Origin: Candidatus Krumholzibacteriia bacterium
GTDB taxonomy: Bacteria; Krumholzibacteriota; Krumholzibacteriia; LZORAL124-64-63
Length of the DNA stretch: 28,245 nt
Assembly: GCA_046484865.1 (NCBI GenBank)
Contig: JAWOID010000067.1
Span: 1 to 28,245, forward strand
Direction of reading: 5' to 3'
Positions 1 through 7,961 of this stretch are shown one piece after another; the first letter of the stretch is position 1, and every line of letters begins with the position of its first letter. The position numbers and the translations under genes were made by a program. The notes below the pieces were generated by a model. The model was not told the origin of the DNA and searched no databases. It saw only the letters and a list, made by a program, of their open reading frames with translations.

Positions 1-79
1 CTTCGCGTCGCCGGCCGACTCGAGCTATATCACAGGCGAGGTGCTGACACTGCTGGGCGGGAGCACGACGGCCGGGTGA
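1..79 (+). CDS. 3' end of a short-chain dehydrogenase/reductase (SDR), possibly general-stress YdaD/YhxC-like; truncated by the window edge
   Basis: Frame from base 2 reads FASPADSSYITGEVLTLLGGSTTAG* (TGA 77-79), matching the typical SDR C-terminal 'LAS..SSYITG..L.V.GG' signature. Not in the ORF track. Confidence 0.75.
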   Translation, partial: FASPADSSYITGEVLTLLGGSTTAG

Positions 80-91
80 GCGTTCCGGACT

Positions 92-2887
92 TCAAAGGCG
101 ACGGCGATCACGGACGCGATCGCTGCCGCACCCGCGGCCGCGGCCACGTCCGCACCCACGACCGCGTCCGCTCAACCGCGGAACCCGCAACCCGGCTTCG
201 GCCAGGAACTGGCTCGGCGCCACCGCCGAGCACACGATGTCGAGCCGGAGCCGGGCCCGCGTCATGGCCACGTAGAAGAGCCGCCGTTCGTCCTCGAGCG
301 GGTCGGCGTCGAGGTCACGAGGTTCGCCGGGTTCGCGGGGTGCGCCGGGTTCGCCGCGGTCGCCGAGATCGCCGAGATCGCCGCCGGTCGAGTCGCCGGG
401 TTCGCCGCCGTCCCGGCCGTCCGGCTCGACCGGATCGCCGGAGTCGGCCACGGAGCGCGCATGCGGGAACTGCCCCTGATCGGCTCCGTAGAGGATGACG
501 TGATCCCACTCGCGTCCCTTGGCCCCGTGGACCGTGGTCAACTCGACGCCGTCGTCCCGGCAATGGCTGCGCAGCAGTTCCGAGCCGGCGTCCAGGACGG
601 TGGCGAACCGGGCTGCGGTATATCCTCGCGCCGCGGCCTGCATCCGGTCGAGCGTCTCGATCTCGACGCACTCGGTGGCGTCGAGACGCTCCCGGGTCGC
701 GTGGAACCGGTCGAGGCCCCCCTCGCCGCGTAGCCGGGCAATCAGGCACTCCGCGCCGGATTCGCTCGAGAGAGCATCGAGCAGCGCCCCCGCCTCGGCC
801 AGCGGCTGTCTTTGCCATGACTCGACCGGCAGATCGGCGACCGCGCCGGCGAAGGAGGCGCCGGCGCGCAGACGCTCGGCCACCTCCGGCGCGGCGCCGT
901 ACGGCAGATACCGGTTCGGCGCCCGGAAGACGCGCTCGACATCGGCGGCGTCGGCCCGCCGCGGGCGCGAGAGGAGCCGCAGATAGGCCCCCACGATGGC
1001 CACCGGCGGCGGACAGCGCACCACCTTCTCGGCCGCCGCGAAGCCGATGCCGCGCCGCGCGCAGGTGAGCGCCACCTCTCGCAGCAGCACGCTCGTCCGT
1101 GCGATCACGACCGCCTCGTCGCGCGCCAGGTTCCGCAGCAGATCGGTGGCGATCGTCCGCCCCGCCGCGCCGGCGGAGACCGGATGGACGACGATCGCGC
1201 CGCATTGCGACGCTCCCGGCCGCAGCGGCTTGCGGAAGCGGCACCGGTTGTGACCGATGAGCCGGCGCGAAGCGAGGGTGATCCTCTTGCCGCAGCGGTA
1301 GTTCCGCACCAGCGGGTAGCGCTCCAGACCGGGGTAGACCTGATCGAGTTCCACCACCCGCCGCACGCTCGCGCGCCTCCACGCGTAGATGCACTGGTCC
1401 TCGTCGCCCACGCAGAAGAGCGAGTCCTGCGGCGCGGCGAGGATGCCGACGAGCAGCGCCTGGGCCGGCTCGATGTCCTGGTACTCGTCCACCAGCACGC
1501 GCTCGAAGGACGCCTGCCAGCGCTGCCGCAGCCGGGAGTCGCCCTGCAGCAGCGTCACGGCCCGGGCGATGAGGTCGTCGAAGTCGAGCATCCCCTGCTG
1601 CTGGAGCCAGTGCTCGTGAAGAGAGTAGAGGCGGGCCGCCGTGCGTTCGCGCGGACCACGGCCGCGTGAGCGGGCAAACGCCTGCTCGGCGGTGATCATC
1701 GCCACGAGCTTGAACGAGCTGATCAGGTTCTGAGCGGCGGCCGGGTCGAACCAGACGCCGTCCGGCTCCGCCAGCATCGCCTCACGGGCGAGCCGCTTCC
1801 ACTGGGCGACGCCGGGGCCACCGATCCGCCCTCGCAGCCGGCGTTCTCGCCGCAGGATCCTCAGCCCCATCCCGTGGAAGCTGGAAACCTGGACGCCGGC
1901 CAGTCCCTCTCGGGCGAGCCGCGTCTCGATCTCCGTCTTCGCGTCCCGGTTGAACGAAGCGCAGAGGATCCGATCCGGCGCCGTGCCGCGCCTGATCAGC
2001 TCGCGGGTGCGCTCGACGAGCACGGTCGTCTTGCCGCTGCCCGCCGGCGCGATCACCTGCACGACGCCGTCGCCGGCGCGAACGGCCGCGAGCTGGGCCG
2101 GGTCGAGGCGCGCGAGCATCGGCGGCAGCGGCAGCGGCGGCAGCGGCGGCAGCGGCGGCGGCGGAGTCGGCGGAGTCGGCGGCGCCGGCAGCGGCGGCGC
2201 CGGCAGCCCCGGCCGCACCAGGCCCGCCCGTCCCGCCGGTGGCGTGGGGTCGAGGGTGACCGCTCGCGGCCCGGCCCGGCCGTGCCCGAAAGGAGTCAGC
2301 CAGGGTATCAGCCGACGCCAGCGGTTGACGGCTGCCGGCCGGCGCCCGGAGGCTTCCGCGAACCGCCCGCACAGGAAATGCAGCCGCTCGAGCGTCCACG
2401 GGTAACGCCACTCGGGGTCGACGAACACCGCCGGATCCAGGTCCTCCAGGCGACGGTCCGCATGGATCAGCAGCGCGCAGGACCGCCTGAACGCGGGCTC
2501 CACCAGGTAGCCGTGGATGATCCTCAGATCGTCCAGCGAGCGGCAGCGCAGGTCGAGCACGGCGATCTTCGGGTGGTCGGCGAACGTCTTCAACCAGCGC
2601 GAGGCGGGATTTCGCAGGGAGGTGCGACCGGCGCCGCCGCTCCCTCGCGCCGCCGTGGCCGCCGCCACGAGCCGGGCGCCGGCAACGACGTGGTAGCCGG
2701 TGCGTCGCAGCCGCGAGCGCACAGGCGCCTCGACGGTCCAGATCAGGCCCGTGTCGCCCTCGGTCGGGCTGGAGTTCGCGAGTTCGCCACGTCTGGAGAT
2801 GCGGAGCCACCCCGGGTGTGTGCGGCAGGTATCGCCGCCCGCGGGAGGTCGGTTGACCCGCCGGTGGGGCAAGACCCGCGCCACCAC
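92..2887 (-). CDS. UvrD/Rep/PcrA-family (SF1A) ATP-dependent DNA helicase with a ~250-aa N-terminal extension
   Basis: Motifs APAGSGKT (I), VDEYQD (II), VGDEDQCIYAWR (III), NYRC (IV), TVHGAKGREW (V) and EDERRLFYVAMTRA (VI). Start uncertain: GTG 2887 has no clear RBS, and in-frame GTG 2722 has GAGG upstream. The helicase core starts near 2119. Confidence 0.9.
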   Translation of the reverse strand: MVARVLPHRRVNRPPAGGDTCRTHPGWLRISRRGELANSSPTEGDTGLIWTVEAPVRSRLRRTGYHVVAGARLVAAATAARGSGGAGRTSLRNPASRWLKTFADHPKIAVLDLRCRSLDDLRIIHGYLVEPAFRRSCALLIHADRRLEDLDPAVFVDPEWRYPWTLERLHFLCGRFAEASGRRPAAVNRWRRLIPWLTPFGHGRAGPRAVTLDPTPPAGRAGLVRPGLPAPPLPAPPTPPTPPPPLPPLPPLPLPPMLARLDPAQLAAVRAGDGVVQVIAPAGSGKTTVLVERTRELIRRGTAPDRILCASFNRDAKTEIETRLAREGLAGVQVSSFHGMGLRILRRERRLRGRIGGPGVAQWKRLAREAMLAEPDGVWFDPAAAQNLISSFKLVAMITAEQAFARSRGRGPRERTAARLYSLHEHWLQQQGMLDFDDLIARAVTLLQGDSRLRQRWQASFERVLVDEYQDIEPAQALLVGILAAPQDSLFCVGDEDQCIYAWRRASVRRVVELDQVYPGLERYPLVRNYRCGKRITLASRRLIGHNRCRFRKPLRPGASQCGAIVVHPVSAGAAGRTIATDLLRNLARDEAVVIARTSVLLREVALTCARRGIGFAAAEKVVRCPPPVAIVGAYLRLLSRPRRADAADVERVFRAPNRYLPYGAAPEVAERLRAGASFAGAVADLPVESWQRQPLAEAGALLDALSSESGAECLIARLRGEGGLDRFHATRERLDATECVEIETLDRMQAAARGYTAARFATVLDAGSELLRSHCRDDGVELTTVHGAKGREWDHVILYGADQGQFPHARSVADSGDPVEPDGRDGGEPGDSTGGDLGDLGDRGEPGAPREPGEPRDLDADPLEDERRLFYVAMTRARLRLDIVCSAVAPSQFLAEAGLRVPRLSGRGRGCGRGRGRGCGSDRVRDRRRL
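321..383. repeat. Degenerate 9-bp tandem repeat (~7 copies, e.g. GGTTCGCCG/AGATCGCCG) within the helicase gene
   Basis: Read directly; encodes the GDL/GEP-type tripeptide insert between helicase motifs V and VI. Confidence 0.7.
2120..2210. repeat. GGC/AGC low-complexity tract encoding a poly-proline linker
   Basis: Minus-strand translation LPAPPLPAPPTPPTPPPPLPPLPPLPLPP directly before the helicase core. Confidence 0.8.
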
Positions 2888-2902
2888 GATCCCGCTGCGA
2901 CA

Positions 2903-4618
2903 TCACGGTTCCGCGGGCACGCTCCGCGATCCCCGACGGATCCAGAGCGCCAGCGCCACCAGCACCAGCAGGATGAGGACGAGCGAGACCTTCAGACCGT
3001 CGCGCCGGTACCTCAGCTCCTCGTTGGCCGCATGGCTCGCCGCCAGTGCGGCACGGGCATGCTCGATGCCCGCACGGTACTTCTCGTCGAACCTGGTGCC
3101 CTCGCCGGCCGCGAAGGTGTGCACGAGCACTTCGAGTTCGATCTGGGCGTCCACCGCCCGATCGATCTCGATCGCGGCGTCGCCCACCGAGACGCCTCCG
3201 CGCTCGGCCGCCAGCATCAGCCGCTCCGCGCGCGCCGTCAGCGCCATCAGCTCCCCCATCTGGTCCATGAAGATCCGACCCACCGGCCATCCAGCGGCCT
3301 CGGTCATCTCCGGATCCTCGGCATGGCAGTGGATGCAGCGGACGATCGCCTCCACGACCGGCTCGCCGGTGACCGGATGGTCGAAGGTGTAGGTCGTCTT
3401 CCCGATGCGGAACTTCGTGAACAGGCGCGCGAAGTGGGCGCGGAGACGGCGTCCGGCCTCCTCCTCCGTCGGCTCCGTGTGGAACTCGAGCTGCAAGGCC
3501 TGGTCGACCATCCAGTTGTAGAGCCGCTCGCCCGTGCGTTCGCCGGCCTGCGCCAGCAGCCGGGCCTGGACCTGCTGATAGTGCTCGCTCACCTCGCGCA
3601 GCTCGGCCGTGCCATCGTCCGTCACCTCGTGGCAGAAGAAGCAGGGAGTTCGCGGCAGCGGGTGGAGCGAGGCGATCCTCGGCGTGACGATGGCGTGATT
3701 GCCGTGACACGTGGAGCATTCGCTGAAGGTGTCGATGGGACCGAAGGTGGCGGCGGGTTCGTCGTGACAGGCGGCGCAGCTCCCGTCGGCGCTCGCCAGG
3801 TACTCGTCGTGCGCGAGGTAGGCCTCGTACTTGCCGCTGGCGCGGAACAGTTCCGACTCGCGGCCGTGACACTGTCCGCAGACGAATGCGATCGACTCCA
3901 CGCCCGGCGGCGTGGCGCCATGATTCCCGTGACAGTCGTTGCACGTGGGAGCGAACAGGTCCTCCCGGTCCAGCAGCGCGGTTGCGTGGACGCTGCGGCG
4001 CCAGCGGACGTACTGGTCGAGAGGCAGTCCGCGCCCCTGCATGATCCCGGGATCGGCGTGGCAAGCGGCGCACGTCGCCGCCAGGCGGCTCGGGTACACG
4101 GGCGACTCGTTGTCGTCGGGCCGCAGGACCAGGTGCGATCCGTGGCAGGTCACGCAGGTGGCCACGGCGGTATCGCCCTCGCGCAAGGCCTGACCGTGCC
4201 CGCTGGTCCAGTACTCCTGGAGCTGGTCGATGCGCGGGTCGGGTACGAACCGCCTCATGAAAGCAGGGTCGGCGTGGCACTCGCCGCAGAACGCCGGAAC
4301 CGTGGTCGCCCCGGGCGCCCCGAGGTACGGGTTCGGTTCCCAGGCGGGATCCATCGCCGCATCCATGTCGTCGGCCAGCGGCGGGTCGGGATTGCCGCCG
4401 TGACAGTCGTGGCAGCCGACGCCGACCTCGGCGTGCACGCTGCGGCCCCAGTCGCCGACCAGGGCGGCCGCGTCCTCGCCGATCGCGTCCGGGTCGCGAT
4501 GGCACCGCAGGCAGCTCGTCGCCGCTCTGCCGGTGGTCGCCTGAGCAGCCGCGAAAGTCGGCCAGGCCGTGGCGACCCCCAGCAGCAGGAGCAGCAGCAA
4601 GGGTCGGCGTCGGCTCAT
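2903..4618 (-). CDS. Multiheme cytochrome c (11 CXXCH) with signal peptide and C-terminal membrane anchor
   Basis: Counted CLRCH, CHDCH, CGECH, CVTCH, CAACH, CNDCH, CGQCH, CAACH, CSTCH, CFFCH and CIHCH. Sec-type signal MSRRRPLLLLLLLG...AAA; C-terminal hydrophobic helix VSLVLILLVLVALALW followed by IRR; purine-rich RBS before ATG 4618. Confidence 0.93.
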   Translation of the reverse strand: MSRRRPLLLLLLLGVATAWPTFAAAQATTGRAATSCLRCHRDPDAIGEDAAALVGDWGRSVHAEVGVGCHDCHGGNPDPPLADDMDAAMDPAWEPNPYLGAPGATTVPAFCGECHADPAFMRRFVPDPRIDQLQEYWTSGHGQALREGDTAVATCVTCHGSHLVLRPDDNESPVYPSRLAATCAACHADPGIMQGRGLPLDQYVRWRRSVHATALLDREDLFAPTCNDCHGNHGATPPGVESIAFVCGQCHGRESELFRASGKYEAYLAHDEYLASADGSCAACHDEPAATFGPIDTFSECSTCHGNHAIVTPRIASLHPLPRTPCFFCHEVTDDGTAELREVSEHYQQVQARLLAQAGERTGERLYNWMVDQALQLEFHTEPTEEEAGRRLRAHFARLFTKFRIGKTTYTFDHPVTGEPVVEAIVRCIHCHAEDPEMTEAAGWPVGRIFMDQMGELMALTARAERLMLAAERGGVSVGDAAIEIDRAVDAQIELEVLVHTFAAGEGTRFDEKYRAGIEHARAALAASHAANEELRYRRDGLKVSLVLILLVLVALALWIRRGSRSVPAEP

Positions 4619-4643
4619 CCGCTTCCTTTCCCTTCCCTGCGAG

Positions 4644-5807
4644 TCAACCCGCCCGGCGCGTGACCAGGGCCATCAAGGCCATCAGGACCACGGTACCGAG
4701 CGTGATCCACACCGGCATCAGCGAGTGGAATCCCCAGGCGGTCATGGCCACGACGAACACCAGCACCGCCACCCCCAGCCAGGTGAACACGGGACTGCGA
4801 CCGCGCCGGACCACCCCGCGGTCGAAGAACGGGACCAAGATCAGCAGCAGGGCGCCGAGACCGAAGGCGAGGATCGGAATGGCCTCGAACTCGATGCCGG
4901 CGACATGGCCTCCGGGCATCAGCTTGAGCGTCTGGAACATGAACATGAAGTACCACTCGGGACGGATGTCCCGGGGCGCGGGGGCGAACAGGTCGGCCTT
5001 GTCGCCCAGTTCCCAGGGGAAGAGCGCGGCGAGAGTGGCCAGCACGCCCAGTGCCAGAGTCCAGCCGAACACCTCCCTCAAGGCGTAGTGCGGCAGGAAG
5101 GGCATGGGGCGACGGCGGCGGGCCTCGTCCTCCAGCGGCGGCGGCACGCTCATGCCGTGTAGCTGCACCAGCAGCAGATGGAGCGCGAGCAGCAGCGTCG
5201 TCAGCGCCGGCAGGATGGCCACGTGCCAGCCGTAGAAGCGTGAGAGCGTGGCGCCGGTGACGCGGTCGCCGCCACGCAGGAACCGCAGCAGCCAGTCGCC
5301 GACCACCGGCACGCTGCCAGCGATATCGGTACCGACCTTGGTCGCGAAGAACGCCAGCTCGTTCCAGGGCAGCAGGTATCCCGAGAAGCCGAATCCCATG
5401 GTCAGGAACAGCAGCAGCACCCCCGAGATCCAGGTCAGCTCCCGGGGCGGCCTGTACCCCTTGACGAAATAGACGGTGGCCATGTGCACCCAGGCGAAGA
5501 AGACCATCAGGTTGGCCGACCACGAGTGGATCGAGCGCATCAACCAGCCGAAGTCGACCCTCGCCATCAAAAACTCGACCGACTCGAACGCTTCGCCCGC
5601 GGAGGGTCGGTAATACAGCATGAGCAGGATACCCGTGACCACCTGGACCACGAAGAAGAACAGGGTCATGCCGCCGAAGTAATAGACGACCGCCACGCGG
5701 TGGACCGGAACCGACTTGTGGGACGCGAAATCTCGCACCGCGGGCAGGCGCAGACGATCGTCGAACCAGCGGCCGATGCTCCGGATGACCGGGCCTGCCG
5801 CCATCAT
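4644..5807 (-). CDS. petB: Cytochrome b subunit of a Rieske/cytochrome b (bc-type) complex, unsplit
   Basis: Heme-ligand histidines in [20 protein letters not shown] and [18 protein letters not shown] motif. ATG 5807 has a GAGGAGG RBS and overlaps the Rieske stop (ATGA). The ORF-track start at 6221 is too long. Confidence 0.93.
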   Translation of the reverse strand: MMAAGPVIRSIGRWFDDRLRLPAVRDFASHKSVPVHRVAVVYYFGGMTLFFFVVQVVTGILLMLYYRPSAGEAFESVEFLMARVDFGWLMRSIHSWSANLMVFFAWVHMATVYFVKGYRPPRELTWISGVLLLFLTMGFGFSGYLLPWNELAFFATKVGTDIAGSVPVVGDWLLRFLRGGDRVTGATLSRFYGWHVAILPALTTLLLALHLLLVQLHGMSVPPPLEDEARRRRPMPFLPHYALREVFGWTLALGVLATLAALFPWELGDKADLFAPAPRDIRPEWYFMFMFQTLKLMPGGHVAGIEFEAIPILAFGLGALLLILVPFFDRGVVRRGRSPVFTWLGVAVLVFVVAMTAWGFHSLMPVWITLGTVVLMALMALVTRRAG

Positions 5808-6262
5808 CGCCTCCTCGAGACGACCACGGTCTGCGGCGCATCCCCGGTGAGGTGCACGTCGAAACTGTCCAGAGGCCGCGGCGGCGGGCCCGACACCACC
5901 TGTCCGCGCAGGTTGTAGATGCCGTTGTGGCAGTTGCACCAGATCCGCTCGCGATCGCGCTGGAACTCGACGATGCAATCGAGGTGGGTACAAGTGCCGG
6001 CGAAGGCCCGGAAGTCGTCGGCCGCGACCCGGATCACGATGACCGGCTCGTTTCCGAAGCGGATGATCTTGTAGCCGCTGTCGACGAACTCGGGCGCATT
6101 GACGGGCCCCGCCTCCATCTGATCGACGGAAGCTTCGACGTCCTCCGGCACCTGCAGATAGCGAAGCACGGGATAGAGCACCGCCGCCGCCAGCGCGCCG
6201 AGCGAGGTGCCGAGGAACCACTTGAGAAAGCGGCGACGTCCAGTTGGCTCGGTTCGGGGCAT
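5804..6262 (-). CDS. Rieske [2Fe-2S] protein of the bc-type complex
   Basis: Tat-type anchor GRRRFLK plus a TM helix; box I CTHLDC, box [19 protein letters not shown] 6262 has a GGAGGAGG RBS. Confidence 0.93.
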   Translation of the reverse strand: MPRTEPTGRRRFLKWFLGTSLGALAAAVLYPVLRYLQVPEDVEASVDQMEAGPVNAPEFVDSGYKIIRFGNEPVIVIRVAADDFRAFAGTCTHLDCIVEFQRDRERIWCNCHNGIYNLRGQVVSGPPPRPLDSFDVHLTGDAPQTVVVSRRR

Positions 6263-6465
6263 GCGCCTCCTCCCGAAACCCCGGGTCCAGGGTCTCGTGA
6301 ATGCGGGTACGGGTACTCTCCGAAATAACCGAAGATCAACCCCACCGCCAACGGAGCGTGATTCCACGACCTCGCTGTCGGTGAAGTCGGGGATGACGGC
6401 AGAAGAAGGACGGTCGACCACCAGTTCGAGGTGGTAGGGATGGTGCTGGCTCTGCTCGGAATATC

Positions 6466-6498
6466 CGAAAATAGCGCCGGGGGGCTGCGCCCCCCGGC
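6466..6498 (-). terminator. Probable intrinsic terminator after the porin-like gene
   Basis: Perfect 10-bp stem (GCCGGGGGGC 6476-6485 with GCCCCCCGGC 6489-6498) and a 3-nt loop, followed on the minus strand by GCTATTTTC. It lies ~30 nt past the stop at 6529. Confidence 0.6.
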
Positions 6499-6528
6499 AC
6501 GTCCGATCGTCTACCATCGTCCACTGGA

Positions 6529-7737
6529 TCAGAAGGCGTACTTGGCGCCCACCCGCGCCAGCAACGGCGTGGTGTTGCCGAGGCTCAACAGGTTGTTCAC
6601 CTCGCCCAGGTCGAGTTCGCCCTCGATCCGGAACGTGGCGGTCGGCGTGTAAGCCAGACCACCGGTGAGATTGACGTCGAAACCGCGCCAGCTCCGGTCG
6701 ATCTCGCCAACCTCCTCGACGGGATCCCGTTCTTCCGAGAGCCTGGACCAGGCCGCGTTCGCGCCGCCCATCACCTGGAAGCGACGGCTGATCTGCGACC
6801 AGGCGGCAACGCGCATCCCGGGCACGGTCAGGAAACTGTCGGTGAACTCTTCCTCGTCGACCGGCTCATCCTTGAAGCCCAGGTAGCTGACGTAGAACTC
6901 GGCCGTGACGCCACCGGCGTCGGTCTGCAGCAGGTGACGGCCGACATTGGCGATCACCCCCATCATGCTCTCGTCGTCATCGACCACCGAGCCGGTGCCC
7001 AGGATGAATCCGAGCTGGTAGACCCAGCCGTTGCCGCGAGCGATGCGGGCATTGATGTCGAAATTCAGGAAATCGCTCTCGAGCTCAGCGTCGCCGCCAC
7101 CGAAGGTCGAGCTCTCGCGGGAAACACTCGCAGCCAGGTCCAGGCCGTCGCCGTTGCCCCAGGTCACCTGGCCCCCGAAGGCGGTGGACTTGTCCTCGAA
7201 CTCGGGATCGGCAGCGTTGTTCTTGAATCCAGCGTCCGCGAACAGCAGACCGATCGACCAGGCGCCGCCGCCGCCGGTCGGTCGGGCGAGGGCCAGGTTG
7301 ATCATCTGACCATCGAGATAGGCGTTATAGTCCGATACGCTGGAGAGGCCGAAGGCCGGGCTGAACATCGGCCGACCGAGCGTTCCGCCCCACAGGAAGT
7401 TGGAGGCCTGGGCGCCGAGGTCGAACTGGCGGACCCGGAACAGGAGGTGATTGTTGTCATCATACTGCCAGTGCAAGGCGCCCTGAGCCTGGGATTGATC
7501 GACCGTCTTCTCGAAGGGGCGGTCGAACCCGGAGACATTGAGCTCCACGAACTCGGGATTGTGGACGATCCAGTGCGTCCAGGCACCGAACTGCGCCGTC
7601 GTCGGCATGAGCGTCGAGCCACTCATGGCGGAATGCGCCACCTCGCCGTGCAACTGGGCGATGGCTTGACCGGCGCCGCCAAACGCGACGACGACCACCA
7701 GCGCGACAAGGATTCGAACTCGACCGGACTTGAACAT
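6529..7737 (-). CDS. Putative outer-membrane beta-barrel (porin-like) protein
   Basis: Signal peptide (...AGQAIA), many alternating amphipathic beta-strand segments with acidic loops, and a C-terminal BAM-type signature ARVGAKYAF ending in Phe. AGGAGG RBS. Confidence 0.75.
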   Translation of the reverse strand: MFKSGRVRILVALVVVVAFGGAGQAIAQLHGEVAHSAMSGSTLMPTTAQFGAWTHWIVHNPEFVELNVSGFDRPFEKTVDQSQAQGALHWQYDDNNHLLFRVRQFDLGAQASNFLWGGTLGRPMFSPAFGLSSVSDYNAYLDGQMINLALARPTGGGGAWSIGLLFADAGFKNNAADPEFEDKSTAFGGQVTWGNGDGLDLAASVSRESSTFGGGDAELESDFLNFDINARIARGNGWVYQLGFILGTGSVVDDDESMMGVIANVGRHLLQTDAGGVTAEFYVSYLGFKDEPVDEEEFTDSFLTVPGMRVAAWSQISRRFQVMGGANAAWSRLSEERDPVEEVGEIDRSWRGFDVNLTGGLAYTPTATFRIEGELDLGEVNNLLSLGNTTPLLARVGAKYAF

Positions 7738-7837
7738 GAGACAGCCCTCCTAGCTTGTAGAACCCTGGGAGTCTTCCCTGACCCTACCCCTGCCCGACCC
7801 CTGCAACGAGCGACACCCGTCTGGCAGCGGTAGCCCA

Positions 7838-7895
7838 GCAACATATTTATTTGACGGGGGAGAATTTTTCTAGCTCGATTTTTCTTTATTGCGAA
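7838..7895 (-). promoter_or_regulatory. AT-rich putative promoter region of the porin-like gene
   Basis: The most AT-rich patch in the window (CAACATATTTATTTGAC...TTTTTCTTTATT), 100-160 nt upstream of ATG 7737. No exact boxes assigned. Confidence 0.4.
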
Positions 7896-7961
7896 GGTTT
7901 CCGAACAGGGCGGGGGGAGCCGACGCGGGCCAGGCTCTGTCCGAGAACCCTCGGACCGAGC

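Noticed and set aside
1782..2903. ATG at 2903 overlapping the cytochrome stop (TGATG) as the helicase start via a frameshift
   Set aside because: That frame gives low-complexity Arg/Ala-rich sequence, and there is no evident slippery site or homology support.
2885..2905. Stop-codon readthrough fusing the cytochrome to the helicase (same frame, one TGA, five codons apart)
   Set aside because: Sharing a frame is a one-in-three chance, no recoding signal is recognisable, and the fusion has no functional precedent I know of.
5808..6517. ORF-track N-terminal extensions of cytochrome b (to 6221) and Rieske (to 6517)
   Set aside because: Internal ATGs at 5807 and 6262 have strong RBSs and give family-typical N-termini. 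The same reasoning trimmed the PoxB-like, GH15, glycosyltransferase and TopIB starts.
7738..7900. Riboswitch in the porin leader
   Set aside because: No recognisable cobalamin, TPP, c-di-GMP or other aptamer consensus by eye. An Rfam/Infernal scan would be needed.
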